NCBI GenBank assembly: GCA_014894375.1
Contig: JADBLP010000075.1
Coordinates: 33,083-82,771 of the forward strand
Direction of reading: 5' to 3'
DNA: 49,689 bases
Source: Actinomycetota bacterium
GTDB lineage: Bacteria; Actinomycetota; Humimicrobiia; Humimicrobiales; Humimicrobiaceae
Part shown: one piece after another, positions 27,748 through 35,153 of the stretch
Position numbering within the stretch: the first letter of the stretch is position 1
How the letters are laid out: each line of letters opens with the position of its first letter
Made by a program: the position numbers and the translations under genes
Notes under the pieces: model-generated
What the model saw: the letters and a program-made list of their open reading frames with translations, nothing else
Database searches by the model: none
Told to the model about the DNA's origin: nothing

Positions 27748-27981
27748 TTAAATAAGATATGCTAATGCTATTTCTTCAGTTATTTCCTCAAATCTATCCA
27801 ATTCATCCCAATTACGATAAACTCTATCTCCCTTTTGTAATGAACTATCTTTTGCGTAAAATAAAACACATTCATATCCCAAAATATCTTGGTACGCTTC
27901 TTTAATAACTTTAAAAACCAATGTGCTAACAGTTCCATATGGATTTATGTGTTTGTATATCCTTCCAATGTATTTATCCAT
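27748..27981 (-). CDS. EALAWLI-tail small protein, paralog T27
   Basis: 77 aa. Ends ITEEIALAYLI-stop. Confidence 0.7.
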   Translation of the reverse strand: MDKYIGRIYKHINPYGTVSTLVFKVIKEAYQDILGYECVLFYAKDSSLQKGDRVYRNWDELDRFEEITEEIALAYLI

Positions 27982-27994
27982 TTAAATCACTAGT

Positions 27995-28279
27995 TTAAAT
28001 TAATCTTGCCAATACTTCTTTATCTGTAAGTTTTTTAGCTTTAAGTTCTGTTGCATATATAATATACTCATCTGTTTTTATATCCCCAAGAAGTGCAACA
28101 TGTATTTTATCATCTAATCTACCACCAAATTCATAAGATTCTATTCTTAAAACTTTGTATGCCTTGCCAATAATTTTCTCTTTGTTGAATGTTATTGTTT
28201 CACCATTTGAAAATGTAAGACATTCTGACACATCACAAACTTTTATGAAGTCTCCTTTTTTGATTAATCTTTTATCCAT
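27995..28279 (-). CDS. EALAWLI-tail small protein, paralog T28
   Basis: 94 aa. Contains IKKGDFIKV, ends LTDKEVLARLI-stop. Confidence 0.7.
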   Translation of the reverse strand: MDKRLIKKGDFIKVCDVSECLTFSNGETITFNKEKIIGKAYKVLRIESYEFGGRLDDKIHVALLGDIKTDEYIIYATELKAKKLTDKEVLARLI

Positions 28280-28294
28280 TCACAACCAACTCTT

Positions 28295-28531
28295 TTAAAT
28301 AAGATATGCCAATAAATCATGCTCATTTATCTTTTCTAATTCTTCTTCAGAATATGCCAATTCTGTACAATTTTCAAATGATTTAATAAACCTGACTTGA
28401 ATTGGATATCTTGCACTCTTTTCTTCTGAAATTCCAAATACTTTTCCTGCTTTTCCTATACTCTTTTTAGCATTTATTGTTTCATCACCAATAAGTCTTT
28501 TTATAATCACATAATCTCCAACTTTTAGCAT
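28295..28531 (-). CDS. EALAWLI-tail small protein, paralog T29
   Basis: 78 aa. Starts MLKVGDYVIIK, ends NEHDLLAYLI-stop. Confidence 0.7.
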   Translation of the reverse strand: MLKVGDYVIIKRLIGDETINAKKSIGKAGKVFGISEEKSARYPIQVRFIKSFENCTELAYSEEELEKINEHDLLAYLI

Positions 28532-28544
28532 ACAATCAACCTTT

Positions 28545-28880
28545 TTAATATCCAGAAATTAATAATCTTTTATCTAAATAATCCCAATCCGCATTTAATT
28601 CTCCAATGTCACCTAATGCTTTATGAATTATCTCGTGTGTTAATATCCATCTAATCTTATCATCTCTTTTTCTACATTTACGCAATTTACACCCAGAAGT
28701 TAAATAATTCTTTGAGTATTTTGTAAAGGAAATAATATAATCTTCTGAAGACGGTTTTGTACTATCCCAAGTTATAAATGCTAATGTAGTTTTTGGTAAG
28801 TATGTTCTTATTTTTATAGTATCTAATTCTCTGAATATTTCCAGATATCCCTTTCTTTCCTTTACTTTAAGATAAATCAT
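28545..28880 (-). CDS. small HExxH protein (possible zinc metallopeptidase)
   Basis: Track ORF 28545..28928 trimmed to MIYLKV, because the upstream 54-aa ORF occupies 28889..29053. Has an HEIIH motif in WILTHEIIHKALGD. Confidence 0.4.
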   Translation of the reverse strand: MIYLKVKERKGYLEIFRELDTIKIRTYLPKTTLAFITWDSTKPSSEDYIISFTKYSKNYLTSGCKLRKCRKRDDKIRWILTHEIIHKALGDIGELNADWDYLDKRLLISGY

Positions 28881-28888
28881 TAAAACAC

Positions 28889-29053
28889 TTATTCCTCTTC
28901 GTAATTGGTTGGGTTCGCTTGGTCGCATAAGTTACAAAGAACGTGCTTTTTACTTTTTCTGTGGATACAATCCTTGCATTGTTTGTATTTAACTATGTCT
29001 TCATCTTTTGACCAATAATCATATTTTTCTTCTGTATCATACATTCCACACAT
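28889..29053 (-). CDS. small Cys-rich protein (54 aa)
   Basis: Hand-found ORF MCGMYDTEEKYDYWSKDEDIVKYKQCKDCIH..CNLCD. Confidence 0.35.
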   Translation of the reverse strand: MCGMYDTEEKYDYWSKDEDIVKYKQCKDCIHRKSKKHVLCNLCDQANPTNYEEE

Positions 29054-29066
29054 CTTAATCCGTCTC

Positions 29067-29273
29067 TTATATAATTAATTCATCATTCAATTCATTTTTA
29101 AGATGATTCACTTTTAATATAAAATTATCTATTTTCTCTTTTGGGTTATTGTTTATTTCTAACGTATTAGAAGTAACTTCTTCTATTATTAAAGATAATT
29201 CGCCTAATATCCTTTCGGTGTTGGTTAATGCTATTTCTCTTGTATTTTTAGATATTTCTTTATCTATTCCCAT
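29067..29273 (-). CDS. coiled-coil hypothetical protein
   Basis: 68 aa ORF. Confidence 0.4.
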   Translation of the reverse strand: MGIDKEISKNTREIALTNTERILGELSLIIEEVTSNTLEINNNPKEKIDNFILKVNHLKNELNDELII

Positions 29274-29285
29274 ATTTTCAATTCC

Positions 29286-29471
29286 TTACCTATAACTTAT
29301 GCTTCCTGCCAGAATCTTGATAAGATATTTCACTTCATACGTTTCAAGTTCATCATATGGCTTTTGAAACAACCTTATTGCTTCTGCATCTGCTAGGTCG
29401 TACCAGTTTACGTGATGTTTTCCTCTAAACTGGTTTTCCCCATTCATAAAATCCTTGAATGTTCCACTCAT
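29286..29471 (-). CDS. hypothetical protein
   Basis: 61 aa ORF. Confidence 0.4.
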   Translation of the reverse strand: MSGTFKDFMNGENQFRGKHHVNWYDLADAEAIRLFQKPYDELETYEVKYLIKILAGSISYR

Positions 29472-29475
29472 GTTT

Positions 29476-29649
29476 TTATGCCATCCTTAATTTGTTTGCT
29501 TCTATTTTTGTTAATATTTTCTTTTCTTCTAGTTTATTTATAATATAATCTTGTTTTACTTGCATTACTCCTATTTTCATCTTGCATTGTACTAAATCAT
29601 TAAATAATTCTTGTTCCGTTGCAAAATGATTCTCTTTTTTTCTAAACAT
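29476..29649 (-). CDS. small hypothetical protein (57 aa)
   Basis: Hand-found ORF MFRKKENHFATEQELFNDLVQCKMKIG... It explains this stretch better than track ORF 29592..29777. Confidence 0.35.
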   Translation of the reverse strand: MFRKKENHFATEQELFNDLVQCKMKIGVMQVKQDYIINKLEEKKILTKIEANKLRMA

Positions 29650-29653
29650 TTTC

Positions 29654-29785
29654 TCATTTCTCCTTTCTTATAGTTACACTCCCACCATAAGCTAAAGTGT
29701 ATTCTCCCTGCAAATATCTTGCTTCTTCGATATCGCTTATTTCTTCCTCTATCTTTTCCCCTTTCCAGATTAAACAATAAGTCAT
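29654..29785 (-). CDS. small hypothetical protein (43 aa)
   Basis: Hand-found ORF MTYCLIWKGEKIEEEISDIEEARYLQGEY... TAAATG junction with 29786..29992. Confidence 0.35.
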   Translation of the reverse strand: MTYCLIWKGEKIEEEISDIEEARYLQGEYTLAYGGSVTIRKEK

Positions 29786-29992
29786 TTAAACCACCTGATA
29801 AAATGCTCTCATAACTGCAATAGTTCTTTTAACGTATGCCTTGCCTGTGGATGGGTCTTTAAGCAACTGCCCGAATGAATCTTTATTTCCTGCCATAATC
29901 TTATAGGAATGTGGAAGTTCCATCTTTCTTACGTGTTTGCCTTGATTTCTTGCATCTTTAAGTGCCTTCCTTAAATTCTTGTAGACTTGCAT
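29786..29992 (-). CDS. basic hypothetical protein
   Basis: 68 aa ORF, Lys/Arg-rich. Confidence 0.4.
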   Translation of the reverse strand: MQVYKNLRKALKDARNQGKHVRKMELPHSYKIMAGNKDSFGQLLKDPSTGKAYVKRTIAVMRAFYQVV

Positions 29993-30006
29993 TTCAATCT
30001 ACCTCT

Positions 30007-30327
30007 TTATATTAAATAAAGAAGAATTTCATCATTTGTTACCCATCTTTCAGTATATTTTCCTTCTTCTATCCATTTCCTTCTATAATAATCTAATTCA
30101 TAAATCGCTTCACCCAAAACTCTTAATGGTTCATCTTTAAGAATACATGTGTTCTCCTTTTCTAATTTTTTCTTTATTTCTATTGCATCCTTTAAATAAA
30201 CTAGTGCTGATTTTCCATCGTTATCTGTTGCTGTTATAAATTCTATTTGATTAATAGATTTTTTATATATTGCATAATGCTTTAAATTACCATCTTTTAA
30301 TTCCTTTATTAAGATTTCTTCTGACAT
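30007..30327 (-). CDS. EALAWLI-tail small protein, paralog T30
   Basis: 106 aa. Ends VTNDEILLYLI-stop. Confidence 0.6.
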   Translation of the reverse strand: MSEEILIKELKDGNLKHYAIYKKSINQIEFITATDNDGKSALVYLKDAIEIKKKLEKENTCILKDEPLRVLGEAIYELDYYRRKWIEEGKYTERWVTNDEILLYLI

Positions 30328-30468
30328 TCACTCCACTCCATTAAGTATGTGCAATAATGGTTTTAAACAATCCCTGCAAAACACATCATTATTGCTTTGT
30401 TTGTTTTCACCACCACAACGTAAGCGTGGTGTTACCCCTGCCTTCACTTCTTGCTTTTGGTGTTTCAT
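30328..30468 (-). CDS. small Cys-containing protein (46 aa)
   Basis: Track ORF 30328..30525 (TTG start) trimmed to the ATG, giving MKHQKQEVKAG.. ATGA overlap with the upstream mini-ORF. Confidence 0.3.
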   Translation of the reverse strand: MKHQKQEVKAGVTPRLRCGGENKQSNNDVFCRDCLKPLLHILNGVE

Positions 30469-30581
30469 TTCATACACTTCCTTAGTTTTCTTAATTCCAG
30501 AATAACTGGTAAAGTTTTCATACAAAATAAAATACCAAATGATACAATAGATATTATAATCACTTCAATTGGCATTACCAT
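30465..30581 (-). CDS. mini membrane protein (38 aa)
   Basis: Hand-found ORF MVMPIEVIIISIVSFGILFCMKTLPVIL.. with one hydrophobic helix. Confidence 0.25.
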   Translation of the reverse strand: MVMPIEVIIISIVSFGILFCMKTLPVILELRKLRKCMK

Positions 30582-30748
30582 GTTTTCACTTCCTTACATA
30601 TCCATTTTCCTTTAAATCCGATTAGCATTAAAAGTCTATTTGGAAATTTAAATCTTGCATGGCACACTCCATTATAAATCTCACAAATAGTAGTAGTTCC
30701 TACTTTCATGGAATTGATACATTGAAAAGAATATAAATTATTAAACAT
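30575..30748 (-). CDS. small hypothetical protein (57 aa)
   Basis: Hand-found ORF MFNNLYSFQCINSMKVGTTTICEIYNGVCH... Confidence 0.3.
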   Translation of the reverse strand: MFNNLYSFQCINSMKVGTTTICEIYNGVCHARFKFPNRLLMLIGFKGKWICKEVKTW

Positions 30749-30813
30749 GCTCTTACTTCCTTAACCCAATAACCCTTTAAGCTATTGGTCGATTAAAGAA
30801 TAAAAACATCTAA

Positions 30814-31197
30814 TTAACTATTTTTCTTCAAATATTTCTTTATAAATTCCATATCCCCATGTGCTTTAGATTCTTCTGATTGGTTAAAATCACATACTCC
30901 CGTTCCCTCTGTAAATGTTACTACTCGATACATTCCATCTTTCGATTTTATAAGTAGAACACCATCATACCCCTCATCTCCTGGTGTAATATCATTTGAT
31001 TTATAAAAATCTTCTGTTTCTTGTTTTGTTGAATCAAATAATACTTTTGCTTCATCATATGACATTTTCTTACTAATTGAAGTATCTGGAGAAGCATGTA
31101 GTGGTAATGGATTATCCTCTGAATCTTTATCTGCCCATTCCACTTTCTCAATCAACATATATGGTTTTAATATTCTATTAATTTCTTTCTCATTCAT
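30814..31197 (-). CDS. hypothetical protein (first sizeable gene of the leftward arm)
   Basis: 127 aa acidic ORF. It has ~480 nt of non-coding DNA upstream. Confidence 0.5.
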   Translation of the reverse strand: MNEKEINRILKPYMLIEKVEWADKDSEDNPLPLHASPDTSISKKMSYDEAKVLFDSTKQETEDFYKSNDITPGDEGYDGVLLIKSKDGMYRVVTFTEGTGVCDFNQSEESKAHGDMEFIKKYLKKNS

Positions 31198-31375
31198 AAT
31201 TTCACTTCCTATTCATCTTAGCGAGATAACAATTTCTCATTACCTCTTAACTAAAGAATAAAAACATTTGACGGATGATAAAACTCACTCCACCTATTCA
31301 TGTTTCTACATTTCACTATCACATGAATTTCCCCTACCATCCTGAGAACTAGCCCACTCACGTTAATGTCCTAAT

Positions 31376-31463
31376 CAATTTACTCTTTCAATCGTCAATA
31401 AGAATTGCATGGAGATATTATCACGTACACTCTATAACCGATTTACTCTCTCAATTGATAGCA
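31376..31463. repeat. direct repeat pair ATTTACTCT[TC]TCAAT[CT]G
   Basis: The two copies, caatttactctttcaatcg at 31376 and cgatttactctctcaattg at 31439, are 63 nt apart. They lie upstream of the leftward arm. Confidence 0.5.
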
Positions 31464-31679
31464 CATTAAGGAAATACACATCACCGTATTCGGGCAACAA
31501 CCTCTTTCTTTTCAACGTCAATCCTCAAGTTATCGTGGGGCAACGGTTGAGAAAACCCCAATCAGTTCCCTTGTGGATTCCATACTGAGTTTTATTCTGT
31601 TATTCTATTACGCTGAACTTCTTTATATTACTTTTGGTGAAATGTATATTTTTATATATACTTTTCTATGTGTGTTTTT

Positions 31680-31961
31680 CTATAAATGCCTGAAAACATG
31701 ATTTACTCCTGTTGGAATGCTCTTTTCTTCATTTTCCGTGTATATTATCACCAAAGTTGGTACGACCCCATTGTTATTACGAGTTTTGCCTGAAATGTAC
31801 CATTCATATGATGATATTTTTTGACCTAGTACAGTTTCCCCAATTTCGTGTAAGAACCCTCCAATTTTAAGCCTTTTACAGTTTTTCAACTGCATACATG
31901 AATTTTGCCCATGTATTGCATAATTTCCTTCAAACCAAAACCTGCCTATGATATTGTACAC
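31680..31961 (-). CDS. hypothetical protein (uncertain)
   Basis: 93 aa ORF with a GTG start. Composition is protein-like, but it is isolated inside the control region. Confidence 0.25.
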   Translation of the reverse strand: MYNIIGRFWFEGNYAIHGQNSCMQLKNCKRLKIGGFLHEIGETVLGQKISSYEWYISGKTRNNNGVVPTLVIIYTENEEKSIPTGVNHVFRHL

Positions 31962-31988
31962 GGTATCATTTCTATTATGATACTTCTT

Positions 31989-32199
31989 TGTACATTTGGT
32001 GTTGGTGTTATAGATTATAAGGATTTAAGAGTTAATGATATTATTAATAGGTTCCATTCCATTTAGGAGTTAATGTACATGTTGGTGTTATTGTTGAAAT
32101 TAATGTACATCTGCACCTGTATGTATATAATTTATTAAGAATTGTATATTATGATTTCATTATTATGTACAGTTTATTAAATATGTACTGTACAGTACT
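31989..32199. repeat. cluster of TGTACA palindromes and GTTGGTGTTA repeats
   Basis: TGTACA at 31989, 32074, 32104, 32166 and 32189. AGTACT at 32194. TTAATGTACAT is exact at 32070 and 32100. GTTGGTGTTA at 32001 and 32081. Confidence 0.6.
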
Positions 32200-32303
32200 G
32201 TTATATATATAGTAATAATATATCTTTATCTATCCTTCCTAATAAGGTTTCCTTCCTTTTTGGAGAGGGTGTTATACTGTTTGGTATGATTTTTGAATTT
32301 TGC

Positions 32304-32420
32304 ATTTAAAGGCACTTTTCAGGCATTTAGAAGCATTATCTTCTGTTAAGGTAGTTTACTATGGTGAAGGGGGAGTTCATCGTTCTTTGATTTAAGGCAC
32401 TTTCTAGGCAGTTTAAGAGG
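32304..32420. repeat. pair of ~30-nt direct repeats TTTAA(A)GGCACTTT(T)C(T)AGGCA(G)TTTA(A)GA(A)G
   Basis: Copy 1 is atttaaaggcacttttcaggcatttagaag (32304..32333). Copy 2 is gatttaaggcactttctaggcagtttaagagg (32389..32420). Confidence 0.55.
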
Positions 32421-32499
32421 AAATGGATTTTTGGTTTGGAGGGATACATCTGGAAGTTTGAACACTTTAATTCTTTTTTAAATGATTCAGAGATAATAA

Positions 32500-32970
32500 A
32501 CAATTGTTAATATAAAGTTTGGCAGATAAATATACTTTTTTATTTCCAAGTTTGAATAGAAGTTTTGTTTTTTATATGAAGATTGAAATTTAAATGGAAA
32601 GTTTGGTTTTTATAGATTCTTTTTTATAAAAGTGAAAGTTTGGTTGAAAAATTTGATTTTTATATGGGATTTTTGATATAAGAGAAAATTTTTGAAGGGA
32701 TTTTTGAACAGGGAAGGTTTTTTTGATAGGGAAATTTAACAAAAGCAATTTTTTTTCAACTACTTTTTATGTGATAGGAAAATTTTTATAAAACTATTTA
32801 TGAGGTAGATTTTTTTCAGGAGTAAGTTTTAAGTGGTTGAATTTTTTTTGAACAGAAAAACTTAACTACGAAAAATTTTATACGAGTATTTGAATATTGG
32901 CACTTTTTTTTATAAAACTTTGGATGAGATACACTTTTTTCTGGAATACTTTTTAAGAGGATTTTTGAAG
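32500..32970. repeat. strand-asymmetric oligo-T tract / AAGTTTGR iteron-like array (candidate origin or bent DNA)
   Basis: About 19 T5-T8 tracts, all on the plus strand, every 12-39 nt. They are interspersed with AAAGTTTGG (32514, 32598, 32634) and variants CAAGTTTGA and AAACTTTGG. No credible ORF here. Confidence 0.5.
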
Positions 32971-33331
32971 GTTGTAACGCAACAACTTTTACAGTATAAC
33001 ATAGATATATAAATCTAGTTGAATAATAATAAAATGATAATGATATATTAAAAAATATAAAACTTACCAGATAAAAAGAAAAGGGATTGAAAACAGGGAT
33101 TATTATAAAGAGAAATAGATAAAACCAGATTAGATTAAAGGTTAAAATTCTTAAAGAAAAAAGAGGATATTTCTTTATGTAAAAAACAAGGTTAATTAAT
33201 AAATGTATTATTGTTATTACCATTCCATATTATATTGTACATATTAACTATTTAAGGTTTATGCTTTAATTCTTACTTGGAAAGGTTTATAAGTAAATTG
33301 ATTATTCTTATCTACAAGGAGTAATGAAAAA

Positions 33332-33421
33332 ATGAAGACAAAAAAACAGTATCAAGCAGATTATGAATACTTAACTGGAATTAAAACTGTAATGGTTGAA
33401 GTGTTGCCATTAAAAGAATAA
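33332..33421 (+). CDS. mini ORF (29 aa)
   Basis: AAGGAG SD 8 nt upstream. Translates MKTKKQYQADYEYLTGIK.. and is followed by the GC hairpin at 33443. Confidence 0.25.
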   Translation: MKTKKQYQADYEYLTGIKTVMVEVLPLKE

Positions 33422-33442
33422 TCCTATAAGGTTAAAGCCTCT

Positions 33443-33461
33443 CTGGGGTGCAATTCCCCAG
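33443..33461 (+). terminator. GC-rich hairpin CTGGGG-tgcaatt-CCCCAG
   Basis: Perfect 6-bp stem in an AT-rich context, just after a mini ORF. No oligo-T follows directly, so its role is uncertain. Confidence 0.3.
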
Positions 33462-33653
33462 TAGGATATGAAATCGGAGTAATAGGTAAGGAGTAGAAAA
33501 CTATTATTTCGTCAGTAGATACTTGAAGATTAACTCTTCTAAATAACTCCAGGCTAGACCGCTATTAGGGGATACAAATAATAATAATATATTCATATAC
33601 GGTGTATTGTTAATTGTATCATTAATAGAGTAGATAAAAGAAGGTAGAAAGAT

Positions 33654-33815
33654 ATGTTTAGCAAACAACACTATAAAACCATTGGGTACATACTCGGGAA
33701 AAATCAAGCAGACGAAACACTGATAAACGATTTCATACACTTATTCAAGGAAGATAACTCTCTCTTTGATACTGATAAATTTAATCAATTCTTACAGAAG
33801 GTAAGAAGGGAGTAA
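33654..33815 (+). CDS. small hypothetical protein (53 aa)
   Basis: Hand-found ORF MFSKQHYKTIGYILGKNQADETLINDF.. It overrides the antisense track ORF 33504..33740. Confidence 0.35.
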   Translation: MFSKQHYKTIGYILGKNQADETLINDFIHLFKEDNSLFDTDKFNQFLQKVRRE

Positions 33816-33818
33816 AAC

Positions 33819-33932
33819 ATGGAAAACACAAAAACAGAAACGAATAAAGCAGATATCTACAATATAGCGACAATAACCTACGAAAGATATGTTACCTTTA
33901 ATTGTCGAGTGACATTACCAGGAGGGTACTAG
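33819..33932 (+). CDS. small hypothetical protein (37 aa)
   Basis: Hand-found ORF MENTKTETNKADIYNIATITYERYV.. Tightly packed between its neighbours. Confidence 0.3.
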   Translation: MENTKTETNKADIYNIATITYERYVTFNCRVTLPGGY

Positions 33933-33935
33933 ATT

Positions 33936-35066
33936 ATGGTATCACATGCAACAGTAATTAAAAACTACTTTAATGCTTATGACAGGAAACACTACAACAA
34001 GGGAAGTAATGTATTCTTTGAAGGGAATACTTTATACTCTTACGGACACCACTTTATACTTTGTCAGAAAGTTAAGAACGGTTATATAATCAACGGGGAC
34101 AAATACAGCAATTCAACAGCAAAACATCAGAGTTATACTATAGGGAATTCTCCAGAAGGTACTCCTCAAATACCATTTAGTGCAATAAATCAGATACTCA
34201 AAACTACTTATGACTTTGTTAAACAATTACAGCAAATAGAAATAATCGACAAAACAGACGATACATACACAGAAAAAACACGAATTGACGAAAAGACAGG
34301 AGAAACAATCACATATCAAGAACATCATTTAGGAGCTAGTCTAATCAGATACAAAAACAAATACTTCTTAAGTTCTATCGACCCAGGAAGTAAAAATTAT
34401 TCTTATTTTCTTGTAGAACTTAAACACAGTGTCAATTCAGTTAAAGAAGCATTTAGAAGTTTAGCTGATAAGTTAAACGATACCGAGTATCAACAATACG
34501 AACAGGGACAGATAAAAAGACAAGGAGAATACTTCTTAATTCCTACAGAGATAAAAACAAGTGATATGCAACTTAAACAAATACAGCAACAAGGATTTAT
34601 CAACAGAAGCATTAATACAATTCATCCGATGACAGAAGAATTAAGACAGAAATTAAAAACTATTGAAACAGAGTACGATACCCAAAAAGACACCTTAGAA
34701 GATTGGGATAAAAGACACCATCTACATAATAGAATTCAGATAATAAAATACCAGAATAAAGAGTATATTATCGAATTCAACGGAGAAATACAGCAATTAC
34801 CTAAAAACTACAGAATTAAGACAGTAAAAGGGGAATTAAAGATATTTAATTATTCTGATAAGATAATAAAGTCTTATGACTTATCAGAAGGTATCGGGAA
34901 TTCCCACACAGCAACAGAAACGATTAAGGATAAACAGGGAAATACGTTTATCAGAGGCACTTTAAGACACTTGCAGCATAAAATGATAAGTCTAGGTAAG
35001 ATTTGGCACAGAGTAGTTAAGAACACAGCTAAACGGTCATTTACAGCGACAGGAAGAGTTGATTAG
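33936..35066 (+). CDS. hypothetical protein (376 aa)
   Basis: Long non-repetitive ORF with AGGAGG upstream. No motif recognised. Confidence 0.6.
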   Translation: MVSHATVIKNYFNAYDRKHYNKGSNVFFEGNTLYSYGHHFILCQKVKNGYIINGDKYSNSTAKHQSYTIGNSPEGTPQIPFSAINQILKTTYDFVKQLQQIEIIDKTDDTYTEKTRIDEKTGETITYQEHHLGASLIRYKNKYFLSSIDPGSKNYSYFLVELKHSVNSVKEAFRSLADKLNDTEYQQYEQGQIKRQGEYFLIPTEIKTSDMQLKQIQQQGFINRSINTIHPMTEELRQKLKTIETEYDTQKDTLEDWDKRHHLHNRIQIIKYQNKEYIIEFNGEIQQLPKNYRIKTVKGELKIFNYSDKIIKSYDLSEGIGNSHTATETIKDKQGNTFIRGTLRHLQHKMISLGKIWHRVVKNTAKRSFTATGRVD

Positions 35067-35150
35067 ATGAACAAAAAAGAACTTATCCTGTTACTTGAAG
35101 AGGAGAAAAGAACCAATGAATACTTATGGGACTTGATAAACAGGGAGTAA
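35067..35150 (+). CDS. mini ORF (27 aa)
   Basis: TAGATG junction. Translates MNKKELILLLEEEKRTNEYLWDLINRE. Confidence 0.25.
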   Translation: MNKKELILLLEEEKRTNEYLWDLINRE

Positions 35151-35153
35151 CTT

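Noticed and set aside
846-28000. Many plus-strand track ORFs in the left arm (for example 846..1217, 1321..1692, 1749..2060, 14910..15200, 19860..20121, 21624..22639, 23671..24230, 25731..26225, 27496..27765)
   Set aside because: All lie antisense to longer motif-bearing minus-strand genes. All translate to Phe/Leu/Ile/Ser-rich low-complexity strings typical of the reverse strand of AT-rich coding DNA.
29592-29777. 61-aa ORF ending ..NYLMI that looked like another tail-family member
   Set aside because: It has a TTG start and is extremely basic. It is fully covered by two ATG-initiated, tightly coupled small ORFs in other frames (29654..29785 and 29476..29649). The LMI ending is probably coincidental.
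1615-30327. The family tail as a canonical PIP-box (Qxx[LIM]xx[FY][FY]) or HbYX proteasome-docking motif
   Set aside because: The spacing K-E-A-L-A-W-L-I only loosely mimics a PIP-box. There is no Gln, and the terminal pair is aliphatic rather than aromatic. HbYX needs a penultimate Tyr, whereas here the penultimate residue is Leu or Met. I keep this only as a loose analogy, not a call.
3174-31151. Same-strand alternative-frame ORFs nested in larger genes (3174..3365, 15101..15304, 18374..18574, 20327..20509, 21514..21699, 30948..31151)
   Set aside because: They are fully nested in out-of-frame positions inside genes with clear motifs or better length. There is no independent support for them.
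32500-32970. Possible CRISPR array, because short motifs recur at roughly 30-nt spacing
   Set aside because: The repeats are short and degenerate, and the spacing is irregular (12-39 nt). There is no constant repeat of 24 nt or more, and no cas genes are present. The region fits an iteron/T-tract array better.
32816-33223. 135-aa minus-strand ORF in the ORF track
   Set aside because: It translates to an extreme Phe/Ile/Leu/Tyr low-complexity sequence. It is produced by reading the A/T-tract repeat region and has no plausible start context.
33504-33740. 78-aa minus-strand ORF in the ORF track
   Set aside because: It lies antisense to a better supported plus-strand small gene (33654..33815) in a region where all neighbours are plus-strand. 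Its composition is hydrophobic and low-complexity.
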